A DNA stretch of 64,000 nucleotides from an uncultured Pelagibacteraceae bacterium. GTDB taxonomy: Bacteria; Pseudomonadota; Alphaproteobacteria; Pelagibacterales; Pelagibacteraceae. The notes under the pieces were generated by a model. That model was not told where the DNA came from and made no database searches. It saw only the letters and a list, made by a program, of their open reading frames with translations. The stretch is taken from NCBI GenBank assembly GCA_902536765.1, contig CACAYM010000005.1, positions 14,725 through 78,724 of the forward strand, given 5' to 3'. Positions 1-9,323 of the stretch are shown piece by piece (within the stretch, counting starts at the first letter, position 1; every line of letters begins with the position of its first letter). A program made the position numbers and the translations under genes.

Positions 1-2
1 GT

Positions 3-569
3 AATGTTGAAAGAGTTTTAAAAAGAGTTCTTTTATTAAAAAATAAAGATCAAATATCTAAAGAAAATTTGATTAAAAAAAAAACTTTTTTTTCAAATTC
101 AAAAAGATCAAGCGATTATGCTCAAGCAATAATGGAGATAGGTGCTCTAATTTGTAAACCTTTAGTACCAATATGTACCTCGTGTCCACTAACTATTTAT
201 TGTAAAGCATTTAAAAAAAAAGACTTTGTAATAAATGCAAATAAAAAATTAAACAAAACAAAATATTTCGAGGCCCGTGTACACAAACATAAAAATAAAT
301 ATTTATTAATAAAAAATAAAAAATTTAACTTTTTAAAAAATTTAATTATTTTTCCTATGGATGAAATTGACAAAGAAAAATTTCAATTATCGATTGATAA
401 GAAAATAAATATTAAACTATCTAATATGAATATGAAAATAATTATCAATGAAAATAATAATAAAAAAACAATTAAAAATGGTTTTCTTTTAGATAAATCA
501 AACTTCAGTAAATTTATTATACCTTCATTTACTAAAAAAATATTCAATTCACTACCTCATTTGAAATGA
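3..569 (+). CDS. mutY: A/G-specific adenine glycosylase MutY, C-terminal part (truncated by window edge)
   Basis: Frame is open from base 3 (NVERVLKR). It has the C-X6-C-X2-C-X5-C [4Fe-4S] loop (CKPLVPICTSCPLTIYC) preceded by QAIMEIGALIC. Confidence 0.9.
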   Translation, partial: NVERVLKRVLLLKNKDQISKENLIKKKTFFSNSKRSSDYAQAIMEIGALICKPLVPICTSCPLTIYCKAFKKKDFVINANKKLNKTKYFEARVHKHKNKYLLIKNKKFNFLKNLIIFPMDEIDKEKFQLSIDKKINIKLSNMNMKIIINENNNKKTIKNGFLLDKSNFSKFIIPSFTKKIFNSLPHLK

Positions 570-1699
570 AAAAAATTGCAATTATAGGAGCAGGCATCTC
601 AGGTTTATTTTTTGCGAATATGATAGAAAAAAACAAATCTTTTTCATATAGAATATTTGAAATGAAAAGTTCAATAGATTTTAATGACGGATATGGAATA
701 CAATTGTCTGTTAATAGTATTAAGTTATTAAATAAAATTGGTTTTAACAAATTTAGTAACAATCAACTATATTTTCCAAAAAAAGTTAATTTTCTAAATG
801 CAAAAGATTCAAAAAAAATATGTGATATCAACTTATCAAAATTCAATTATGAAAATAATAATTATACTACAATGAAAAGATCAAGTTTAATTAAATTTCT
901 TTTAGATCAAATTCCAAAAGATAAGTTGGCTTTTAATTACAAGGTTAATGATATTAAGCAAGGCGATAAAGTATCACTTATATTTTCAAATAAAAAAACT
1001 GATGAATTTGATTATTTGGTAGCGGCTGATGGTATTTATTCAAAAACAAAAGAAATCTTATTTAAAGAAGAGGGTTTACCAGAGTATTTTAATACTATCG
1101 CTTTAAGAGGAAATATTAGAAATTTTGACAACTTTGATATTTCTTTATACCTTGGACCAAATTTTCATTTTGTAATATATCCTATTAATCAAAAAAAAGA
1201 ATTTAATTTTATAGCAATAATAAGAAAAGAATTATTTAAGAAGGAAATAATCAACAATGATTTATTGAACGATAATACTTTTAAGAATGATTTATTAAAA
1301 AAAATTTCCTCTAAATCGAATTTAAATCTTATTGAAAATGTTGAAAAAACTAAATGTTTCCCGATTTTTGTGAGTAAAAAATTTCAAATACCAAAATCAA
1401 ATAATATTTTCTTAACTGGGGATGCATTTTACTCGTTTCCTCCATCTTTTGCACAGGGTGCATCTCAATCGATAGAATCTGCAAACGAGCTTTTTTGTGA
1501 TTTGAGAAATAATACTTCAGATTATTACAAAAACAGAGTTTTCAGAACTAAACAAATAAATATAAGATCTAATTTCAATCATTTTGCATTTCATTTATCA
1601 AATCCTTTAAACATTTTTTTCAGAAATATTTCTTTAAAATATCTTTCTAAAAATAGGAAATTTTTAGAAAATTATTTAGGAAAAGTTTATCGTAACTAA
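566..1699 (+). CDS. FAD-dependent monooxygenase (salicylate-hydroxylase/UbiH-like fold), substrate unknown
   Basis: N-terminal GAGISG dinucleotide motif, ADG motif, GDA..P..AQG motif; overlaps the mutY stop. Confidence 0.8.
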   Translation: MKKIAIIGAGISGLFFANMIEKNKSFSYRIFEMKSSIDFNDGYGIQLSVNSIKLLNKIGFNKFSNNQLYFPKKVNFLNAKDSKKICDINLSKFNYENNNYTTMKRSSLIKFLLDQIPKDKLAFNYKVNDIKQGDKVSLIFSNKKTDEFDYLVAADGIYSKTKEILFKEEGLPEYFNTIALRGNIRNFDNFDISLYLGPNFHFVIYPINQKKEFNFIAIIRKELFKKEIINNDLLNDNTFKNDLLKKISSKSNLNLIENVEKTKCFPIFVSKKFQIPKSNNIFLTGDAFYSFPPSFAQGASQSIESANELFCDLRNNTSDYYKNRVFRTKQINIRSNFNHFAFHLSNPLNIFFRNISLKYLSKNRKFLENYLGKVYRN

Positions 1700-2769
1700 C
1701 TTCTTGGTCGTAATCGTTGTCTAAGGTTATCGATTGGTTTTAAGATTTTCCCTGATTGATAATGCCAATAAGTCCACCCGTTGCAACTTTCAGAACCTAG
1801 TATTTTAGCAGCTACCTTGTGAATTGAACCTTCATTTTGTTTGTATTTTATGCTGCCATCAACCATAACTTTTGCATAAATCTCTTTTTTTTTGTCATAA
1901 ATTTCCACTCCTGGTTTAATTACACCTAATTCAATTAACGATCCGAAAGGTATCCTTGGTTTTGATTTATTATTTTGAATTACATCTAAATATTCATTTT
2001 GTATCTCTTTTGTATTTTGTAATCTTTTATTTGCAGCTTCATAATAAATCTTTTCTTTCTCAATTCCAAAATAAGATCTACCTAGTTTCTTCGCAACTAC
2101 GGCCGTTGTTCCTGATCCTAAAAAAGGGTCGAATATTAAATCATTTTTATTTGAAGACGCTAATATAATTCTATGAAGCAATGCTTCTGGTTTCTGAGTA
2201 GAATGAACTTTAACTCCATTGTTTTTTAATCTTTCTTTACCATTACATATTGGTAAATTCCATGTAGACCTCATCTGTATATCATCATTGAAAGATTTCA
2301 TTGATTGATAATTGAATGTATATTTTGATTTTTTACTTTTTGATGCCCATATCAATGTTTCATGTGCATTTGTAAATCTTGTTCCCCTAAAATTTGGCAT
2401 TGGATTACTTTTATTCCAGATTACGTCATTCAAAATCCAAAAACCTAAATCTTGTACTATTTTACCCACTCTAAATATATTATGATAACTTCCGATTACC
2501 CAGATAGATCCATTTCTCTTTAATATTCTTTTACATTCACTTAACCATTCTGTTGTGAATTTATCGTATGTTTTAAAGCTTTCAAACTGATCCCATTTAT
2601 CATTTACAGCGTCTACTTTTGATCTATCAGGTCTAACCAAAGTATTTTGTAATTGTAAATTATATGGAGGGTCTGCAAAAATTAAATCAAACGTTTCATC
2701 AGGAATACTTTTTAGTTCCTTTAAACTATCCGCATTTAATATTTTGTTATGTAAATTTTTTAGTCTCAT
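1696..2769 (-). CDS. ccrM: Cell-cycle-regulated adenine DNA methyltransferase CcrM (GANTC, beta class)
   Basis: DPPY catalytic motif, HSTQKPEALL, DPFLGSGTT SAM motif, C-terminal GSIHKVAA..CNGWTYWH domain; rnhB-ccrM adjacency is typical of alphaproteobacteria. Confidence 0.93.
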   Translation of the reverse strand: MRLKNLHNKILNADSLKELKSIPDETFDLIFADPPYNLQLQNTLVRPDRSKVDAVNDKWDQFESFKTYDKFTTEWLSECKRILKRNGSIWVIGSYHNIFRVGKIVQDLGFWILNDVIWNKSNPMPNFRGTRFTNAHETLIWASKSKKSKYTFNYQSMKSFNDDIQMRSTWNLPICNGKERLKNNGVKVHSTQKPEALLHRIILASSNKNDLIFDPFLGSGTTAVVAKKLGRSYFGIEKEKIYYEAANKRLQNTKEIQNEYLDVIQNNKSKPRIPFGSLIELGVIKPGVEIYDKKKEIYAKVMVDGSIKYKQNEGSIHKVAAKILGSESCNGWTYWHYQSGKILKPIDNLRQRLRPRS

Positions 2770-2782
2770 TTTCTAAAATTTA

Positions 2783-2811
2783 ATTAGACTCCAGACTGGA
2801 ATCTTCGTCAA
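2783..2811 (-). promoter_or_regulatory. Putative ccrM sigma70 promoter with two GANTC sites in dyad symmetry in the spacer
   Basis: Minus strand reads TTGACG (2811-2806), then GATTC-CAGTCTG-GAGTC (2803-2787), then TCTAAT (2788-2783) at 17-bp spacing. Confidence 0.6.
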
Positions 2812-2841
2812 CCAGTGATTGAAAAAAAAGGTCTCTTCTTG

Positions 2842-3423
2842 TTATGAAGTGTTTCCGGGTCTCAATATATTGTGTATAGGACTGAATGTTTTTCTATGAT
2901 GCTTTGTAACACCAAACTTTTTAATTGCATTCAAATGCTGTTTAGTACCGTAGCCTGAATTTTTATTCCAAGCATATTTTATGAACCTTTTTGACATTTT
3001 TGAAATATGTCTATCTCTAGAAACTTTAGCAATAATAGATGCTGCTGAAATTTCAGGTACTTTTTGATCACCCTTAATTATAGATTTTAATTTATAACCA
3101 TCCATACTTGGTAATTGATTACCATCAATCATAATCAAGGATGGTTTTGATTTTAGTTTTTTTATAGACCTTTTCATTGCTAGTAAGCTTGCGTTTAATA
3201 TATTTAATTTTTCAATTTCTTTTAATGAAGCAGAACCAATCGCCCAAATACTATTTTTTTTTATATATTTTTCTAATAAGTTTCTCTGATTTCTTGAAAG
3301 TTGCTTAGAATCTCTAATTTTTTTTTTATCAAAATTTTTTTTAAATATTACTGAAGCTGCAAAAACTGGACCTACTAAACTTCCTCTGCCAACCTCATCA
3401 ACACCTGCAATTGTTTTTGTCAT
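2842..3423 (-). CDS. rnhB: Ribonuclease HII
   Basis: GVDEVGRG, DSKQL, IDGN, KGD..ISAASIIAKVSRD, GYGT..H motifs. Confidence 0.97.
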   Translation of the reverse strand: MTKTIAGVDEVGRGSLVGPVFAASVIFKKNFDKKKIRDSKQLSRNQRNLLEKYIKKNSIWAIGSASLKEIEKLNILNASLLAMKRSIKKLKSKPSLIMIDGNQLPSMDGYKLKSIIKGDQKVPEISAASIIAKVSRDRHISKMSKRFIKYAWNKNSGYGTKQHLNAIKKFGVTKHHRKTFSPIHNILRPGNTS

Positions 3424-4112
3424 TAAATTTTAATTTTCAATTCGTCGATTTTTTTCCTTATTGTTTTTAAATCTTCCCAAGAAAATTTTTTTTGATCAGG
3501 CTGTCTTAATAAATAAGCTGGATGAAAAGTGAGAATAGTGAGATAAGTTTTTTGGTTTATTATTAATTCTTTCCATTTACCTCTTTCTTTTGATATTTTA
3601 AGTTTTTGACCAAATAAAGCTTCCATAGCTGTACTACCCATAAGTATCAATATTTTTGGATTTATAATTGAAATGTGTTCACGTAAAAAAACTGAATATC
3701 TATTGATTTCTGAAATTTCAGGTTTTCTATTATTAGGAGGTCTATAATTAACTACGTTTGTAATATAAATATTTTCTCTTTTAATTTTAATTGCGTTTAA
3801 CATTTTATTGAGCAGTATCCCGGCATCCCCAACAAATGGTTTACCTTGCACATCTTCTTTCTCTCCTGGTCCTTCGCCTACCAACATAACTTTGCTGTTT
3901 GGATTGCCATCACTGAAAACTATGTTTTTCGCAAATTTTTTTAGTTCACAATCCTCAATTGATTTTATTTTATCTTTTAAGTTAATTAATTTTTTATCAG
4001 TCTCATTGCTTTCTTCATTTTTATTAAAGCGATTAATAGGCGCATTATCAAAAATATACTTAGATTCTATTGATTTTAAAAACTCTTGATTTAATATTTC
4101 TTTATTAACCAT
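3423..4112 (-). CDS. Uracil-DNA glycosylase, family 4 type (likely start ATG at 4112)
   Basis: [20 protein letters not shown] and TFHPAYLLR motifs. The stop overlaps the rnhB start. Confidence 0.9.
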   Translation of the reverse strand: MVNKEILNQEFLKSIESKYIFDNAPINRFNKNEESNETDKKLINLKDKIKSIEDCELKKFAKNIVFSDGNPNSKVMLVGEGPGEKEDVQGKPFVGDAGILLNKMLNAIKIKRENIYITNVVNYRPPNNRKPEISEINRYSVFLREHISIINPKILILMGSTAMEALFGQKLKISKERGKWKELIINQKTYLTILTFHPAYLLRQPDQKKFSWEDLKTIRKKIDELKIKI

Positions 4113-4117
4113 TTTTA

Positions 4118-5800
4118 ATGATAGCAAAAAACTTTAAAATAATCTTAACTATATTTTTTATTTTTTTCACCCTTGAGGCGAAATCTAAAAATATTTATTC
4201 TGATAACTTTAATTCGAAGGAATTGTCAAATTATTTTTCAGGGGTTATTTCTCATAATAATCAAAAAAATGAGCAGGCCCTTAAATACTTTAAATCCTCA
4301 AAAAAAATATTAAATAAACATGATGAGTACTTTAAAAAGTTGATTTTCTCATTAGTGCTAAATCAAAATATAGATAGGGCCATCCAAGAAATTAAGTTTT
4401 TAAAGAATAAAAACCAGTCAAACTTTTTTGAGGCTCAATTGCTTTTGTTAATTGATAGCATTCAAAAAAAAAATTTTTATAAAACAAACATACATTTAAG
4501 CACGATTGCCAAATATATTGAAGAGGGAACTTTTGAGAAAGTAATTTATGAAACTATAAGGGATTACGCATATACATTTGAAAAAAAAAAAATTAGTACT
4601 TTCAAATCAAATTTTGGCAATTTAATTGCCATTAATAATGCATTTCAAAGTTGTTATTTAAACAATCCAAAAACTTTAGATTACTTTGATAAATTAAAAA
4701 ATTCGGAGGCTGCTGATTATTCAAGATATTTATTTTTTTATGTGAATTATCTTATTCATAAAAAAAGATTTGATTTGGTAAAAGAAATTTCATTTGAAAT
4801 AGATGAGCTATCGAGCAACCTAATAATCTTACAAACAAAATCATGGATTGATAAAAGTAACTTTAACGAAATTGAAGAAATATTTTCTTGTAAAAATGAA
4901 AATGATCTTTTAGCAGAGTTTTTTTATTTAGTTTCGAATTTGTATTCATCTCAAGATGAATATGAACAGTCGAATTTTTACCTAAATATCTCATATTTTT
5001 TGAATAAAAAATTTAAAATAAATCTATCTTTAATGGCAGACAACTATTACCTAAATGGAAGTTATGATCAAAGTTTAAAAGTTTTAGAATTATTTAATTC
5101 AAAAGATGACCTTTATTATTGGTTCAAAATTAAGCAAGAAGCAAAGATAATCACTGAAAAAAAAAATAAGGAAGAAGCTTTAAAATATATTGAAAAAAAT
5201 TTTAAGAATATAAATAATCCTTCGATAAAAACTCTGTTTGATCTTGCTACAATTTATAAAAATTCTAAAAAATATAAGAAGGCAATTGATTTATACACAT
5301 CTATAATGCGTGTTGTAGAAAAGAACTCACTAAATTATGCAGACTTATTATATAGGAGAGGTGGTAGTTTCGAAAGAATAGGTGAATATGAAAAATCTGA
5401 TAAAGATTTATTAGAGGCATTAAAAATAATTCCTAATAATTCATATGTATTAAATTATTTAGCCTATTCTTGGTTGGAGCGTGATAAAAATATCAATAAA
5501 GCTATATTGATGCTGGAGAAAGCTCATAAAGAAAATGAAAATGACCCTTATATAATTGACTCAGTGGGGTGGGGGTATTTTCTATTAGGAAAATATAATG
5601 ATGCTGAAAAATATATGAGAAGAGCTTTAGAATTAATGCCAAATGATCCTATTGTTAATGACCATTATGGAGATATTCTATGGAAACTGAATAGAAAAAT
5701 TCAAGCACAATATTTTTGGAATAGTGTACTAAAAATGGATGATGCTGAAAAAGAAATGATAGAAAAAATAAAGGTAAAATTAATTAACGGCTTATCATAA
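4118..5800 (+). CDS. Exported tetratricopeptide-repeat protein
   Basis: Hydrophobic N-terminal signal; C-terminal TPRs (LNYLAYSW, IIDSVGWGYF, VNDHYGDILW); lies upstream of ispE as in many proteobacteria. Confidence 0.85.
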   Translation: MIAKNFKIILTIFFIFFTLEAKSKNIYSDNFNSKELSNYFSGVISHNNQKNEQALKYFKSSKKILNKHDEYFKKLIFSLVLNQNIDRAIQEIKFLKNKNQSNFFEAQLLLLIDSIQKKNFYKTNIHLSTIAKYIEEGTFEKVIYETIRDYAYTFEKKKISTFKSNFGNLIAINNAFQSCYLNNPKTLDYFDKLKNSEAADYSRYLFFYVNYLIHKKRFDLVKEISFEIDELSSNLIILQTKSWIDKSNFNEIEEIFSCKNENDLLAEFFYLVSNLYSSQDEYEQSNFYLNISYFLNKKFKINLSLMADNYYLNGSYDQSLKVLELFNSKDDLYYWFKIKQEAKIITEKKNKEEALKYIEKNFKNINNPSIKTLFDLATIYKNSKKYKKAIDLYTSIMRVVEKNSLNYADLLYRRGGSFERIGEYEKSDKDLLEALKIIPNNSYVLNYLAYSWLERDKNINKAILMLEKAHKENENDPYIIDSVGWGYFLLGKYNDAEKYMRRALELMPNDPIVNDHYGDILWKLNRKIQAQYFWNSVLKMDDAEKEMIEKIKVKLINGLS

Positions 5801-5805
5801 AAACA

Positions 5806-6645
5806 ATGGAAGTTTATAGAATTAATTCTCCAGCAAAGATCAATCTTAATCTAAATATAATAAGGAAATCAAAAAAAAAAAAATTACATTTGATCGAGTC
5901 TCTTGTTTGTTTTGTGAAACTATCTGATAAAATTTATATAAATAAGTCTGACTCACAATATCATAAAGTTAGATTTATAGGAAAATTTTCAAAAAAAATT
6001 ACAAAAAAAAATACAGTTACAAAGCTACTTAGCTTGTTAGATAAAGATAATGTTTTAAAAAATAAATATAAAATTCTGGTTAAAAAAGAAATCCCGCTTC
6101 AATCTGGGATGGGAGGCGGGTCAATGAATGCAGCAAATATATTAAACTATTTCTTTAAAAAAAAGCTTATAAATTTGAAAAAATTAAAAAAATATTCTCT
6201 AAAAATTGGTTCTGATGTTATTTTAGGATTGAATAGTAAGCCAAAAATTTTATATAGAGATGGATCTATCAAAGAAGTTACAGATATTAAAAAATATCAT
6301 ATCTTAATTGTAAAACCTGCCTTTGGTTGTTCGACTAAGAAAATATATTCATCAAATAAAACTTTTTCTAAATCTGAATTTAATATATCAAAAGAAAAAA
6401 TTGTTAAGAATGTGATTCTTAAGGGAAAAAATGACTTAGAAAAAAGTGCCTTTAATTTATATCCAGCTTTAAAAAGAATTAAAAATTTACTAAATCAAAA
6501 CGAAAAAGCTAATTTTGTAAGAATGACGGGTTCTGGATCTGCGATAATTATGTACTTTAATTCAAATAAATTTGCAAAAAACGCGTTGAAAATTTATAAA
6601 AGGAAATTAAATAATTGTTTGTGTATTATAACTAAAATTATATAA
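5806..6645 (+). CDS. ispE: 4-diphosphocytidyl-2-C-methyl-D-erythritol kinase
   Basis: SPAKINLNL, KEIP..SGMGGGS GHMP motif, GSDV, RMTGSGS. Confidence 0.93.
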   Translation: MEVYRINSPAKINLNLNIIRKSKKKKLHLIESLVCFVKLSDKIYINKSDSQYHKVRFIGKFSKKITKKNTVTKLLSLLDKDNVLKNKYKILVKKEIPLQSGMGGGSMNAANILNYFFKKKLINLKKLKKYSLKIGSDVILGLNSKPKILYRDGSIKEVTDIKKYHILIVKPAFGCSTKKIYSSNKTFSKSEFNISKEKIVKNVILKGKNDLEKSAFNLYPALKRIKNLLNQNEKANFVRMTGSGSAIIMYFNSNKFAKNALKIYKRKLNNCLCIITKII

Positions 6646-6673
6646 AAAGTTGCGACATAAAATAGATAATTTT

Positions 6674-6748
6674 TGGGGCGTAGCCAAGTGGTAAGGCAGC
6701 GGTTTTTGGTACCGCCATTCCTAGGTTCGAATCCTAGCGCCCCAGCCA
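6674..6748 (+). tRNA. tRNA-Gln (anticodon UUG), CCA encoded
   Basis: Acceptor TGGGGCG/CGCCCCA, anticodon arm GCGGT-TTTTGGT-ACCGC, T-loop GGTTCGAATCC, 3' GCCA. Confidence 0.97.
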
Positions 6749-6751
6749 GAT

Positions 6752-8026
6752 ATGCTTAGTATTATAAATAAAATCTTTTCTTCATCAAAAAATCTAAACA
6801 CAATCCATCAAAGATTTACAAGGTTAAGAAAAGATACAAATGTAGAAAAAATTTTTCATGCTATTGAAAGCTATTCAAACGAAGCCGAGGTAAGATATGT
6901 CGGGGGCTGTGTAAGAAAAATAATTAATAATGAAAAAGTTGATGATATTGATCTAGCAACAAATATAGAGCCAACAAAGGTAAAAGAGGCCCTTGTAAAT
7001 AAAAATTTAAAATTTTTTGAAACTGGCATTGAACATGGAACAATTACAGCTTTAATAGAAAACGATAAATTTGAAATTACCTCTTTAAGAAGTGATATTA
7101 AAACTGATGGACGTCATGCAGTAATAGAATTTACAACTGATTGGATTAAAGATGCTGAAAGACGCGACTTTACTATAAACTCCATATATGCAGATATTAA
7201 TGGAAATTTATTTGATCCTTTTGATGGAAAAAAGGATTTAGAAAACGGATTAATAAAATTCATAGGAGAGCCAGAAGAAAGAATAAAAGAAGATTACTTA
7301 AGAATATTAAGGTATTTCAGATTTTTTGCATTATATAGCAAAAATGACCATAGCTTAGCAGTAAAAAAAATAATTAAAAAAAATATCGTAGGTATAAAAA
7401 AGCTATCATCAGAGAGATTGTTAGACGAATTCAAAAAAACCTATAAATCAAAGTGTTTTATAAAATTATGTGAAAATGATTTTTCTTACGAGATAATTTC
7501 CACAGTATTTCCAGAATTTAAACAAATTGAATTAATTAAGAATTTAAATGATTACACAAAATTAAACTTACATAGTCTAGATTTTGCGTTTTTCTTATCA
7601 CTTTTGATACTAGATGATACAGATAATTCTGATTATTTTTTTTATAAATTTAATATTTCAAAAAAAAATCAAAAAAGAATAAAATTTATTAAAGAGTTTT
7701 ATTTTAATAATAAATTACCTTTAAAACTTTCGTCTCGAAATCTTTGGAAAATATTTTATTTTCATGGTAAAGAGGGACTAACTGATATTTTAAATTACAA
7801 AATATTTACCACTAAAAAATTCGACAATAGTTTAGTTAATCAAATTAATTATTTTAGAAATAAAGAGTTACCAAAATTACCCATAACAGGAAGTGATCTA
7901 ATTAAAGATTTTGGTATTCCCGAGGGAGAAACCGTAGGAGAGAAACTAAAAGAAATAGAGGATATCTGGATTAATAATAATTTTAAAATTTCTGATAAAA
8001 ATTTAAAAAAAATATTAAAAAATTAA
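6752..8026 (+). CDS. cca: CCA tRNA nucleotidyltransferase (class II)
   Basis: YVGGCVR, DDIDLAT, EITSLR, DAERRDFTIN, EDYLRILRYFRF; no poly(A)-polymerase GRRF signature seen. Confidence 0.85.
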   Translation: MLSIINKIFSSSKNLNTIHQRFTRLRKDTNVEKIFHAIESYSNEAEVRYVGGCVRKIINNEKVDDIDLATNIEPTKVKEALVNKNLKFFETGIEHGTITALIENDKFEITSLRSDIKTDGRHAVIEFTTDWIKDAERRDFTINSIYADINGNLFDPFDGKKDLENGLIKFIGEPEERIKEDYLRILRYFRFFALYSKNDHSLAVKKIIKKNIVGIKKLSSERLLDEFKKTYKSKCFIKLCENDFSYEIISTVFPEFKQIELIKNLNDYTKLNLHSLDFAFFLSLLILDDTDNSDYFFYKFNISKKNQKRIKFIKEFYFNNKLPLKLSSRNLWKIFYFHGKEGLTDILNYKIFTTKKFDNSLVNQINYFRNKELPKLPITGSDLIKDFGIPEGETVGEKLKEIEDIWINNNFKISDKNLKKILKN

Positions 8027-8499
8027 ACATATTTTACATCTTTAATTTCGAAATTTTTTATACCTGCTGGTGTATTAATTTCTACTAGATCTCCTTTATT
8101 TTTTCCTATCAAACCTTTTCCTATGGGCGATTTAAAAAAAATTAATTTTTGTTTTAAATCTGCCTCGTCTTTTCCAACGATTTTGTAATCAATTTTTTCA
8201 TCAGTATCTAAATTTATTAAATAAACTGTTGAACCAAAAATTATCTTACCATCGTTAGTAAGTTTTGTTACATCAATCACGTTTGCACGAGCAATTATAT
8301 CGTTGATTTCCTCTATTCTTCCTTCATTTAAAGATTGTTGTTCTTTGGCTGCATGATACTCAGCGTTTTCTTTTAAATCTCCATGTGATCTTGCCTCAGA
8401 TATCGCTGCAACAATCTCAGGTCTTTTTTTTTCTTTTAAAAAAACTAATTCGGTTTTTAGTTTTTCCAAACCACTTACAGTTATAGGCTCTTTTTCCAT
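8023..8499 (-). CDS. greA: Transcription elongation factor GreA (likely start ATG 8499)
   Basis: ARSHGDLKENAEYHAAKE, SPIGKGLIGK. Confidence 0.97.
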   Translation of the reverse strand: MEKEPITVSGLEKLKTELVFLKEKKRPEIVAAISEARSHGDLKENAEYHAAKEQQSLNEGRIEEINDIIARANVIDVTKLTNDGKIIFGSTVYLINLDTDEKIDYKIVGKDEADLKQKLIFFKSPIGKGLIGKNKGDLVEINTPAGIKNFEIKDVKYV

Positions 8500-8500
8500 C

Positions 8501-9322
8501 TTATTTCCATTTGGCAACTGGAGGCAAGGACATTAATATTCCCTCTACATTTCCTCCAGTTTGTAATCCAAATTTAGTACCTCTATCATATAAAAGATTG
8601 AACTCAACGTATCTACCTCTTTTTAAGTATTGAAGCTCTTTTTGTTTTGTTGTCCATTTATTTTTTCTTTTCTTTTTTATTATTTCATTAAATATTTTAG
8701 TAAATGATAATCCCACATCTCTTACAAATGCAAAATCTTTCTCCCAATTTCCTTTTTTGTAATCAAAAAAAATACCACCAATTCCTCTCTCCTCATTTCT
8801 GTGAGGTAAAAAAAAATATTTTTCACACCACTTTTTATATTTTTTGTAATAATTTTTGTTATGATTGTTACATGTTTTTTTAATCTCATTATGAAACCAT
8901 TTTTTTAAATTTTCATCACTTAAACATGGAGTTACGTCCATGCCTCCTCCAAACCATCCATGAGATGTAACAATATATCTTGTATTGAAATGCATAGCAG
9001 GTATATGCGGATTCTTCATATGCATAACTACCGAAATACCTGATGCCCAAAAATTTGAATTTTTTTTTGTTCCAGGAATTTGTCCCTTTAATTTTTTAGG
9101 AAACTTACCGTAAACCTCTGAAAAATTTACACCAACTTTCTCAAAAAGTTTACCATTTTCAAAAATCCGAAATTCTCCACCTCCTTCGTTTTGACCTCTT
9201 GACCAATTTTTAATTTTAAAAACATTTTTTTTATTTTCTAATTTTTCAATATCATTAGTAATAATGTCTTGTAAAATTACAAACCAGTTTTTAACAATAT
9301 TTTTCTTTGAACTAATATCCAT
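8501..9322 (-). CDS. hemF: Oxygen-dependent coproporphyrinogen III oxidase
   Basis: FEKVGVNFS, HFNTRY, WFGGGMD.TP, RGIGGIFFD, RGRYVEFNLLYDRGTKFGL. Confidence 0.96.
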   Translation of the reverse strand: MDISSKKNIVKNWFVILQDIITNDIEKLENKKNVFKIKNWSRGQNEGGGEFRIFENGKLFEKVGVNFSEVYGKFPKKLKGQIPGTKKNSNFWASGISVVMHMKNPHIPAMHFNTRYIVTSHGWFGGGMDVTPCLSDENLKKWFHNEIKKTCNNHNKNYYKKYKKWCEKYFFLPHRNEERGIGGIFFDYKKGNWEKDFAFVRDVGLSFTKIFNEIIKKKRKNKWTTKQKELQYLKRGRYVEFNLLYDRGTKFGLQTGGNVEGILMSLPPVAKWK

Positions 9323-9323
9323 T

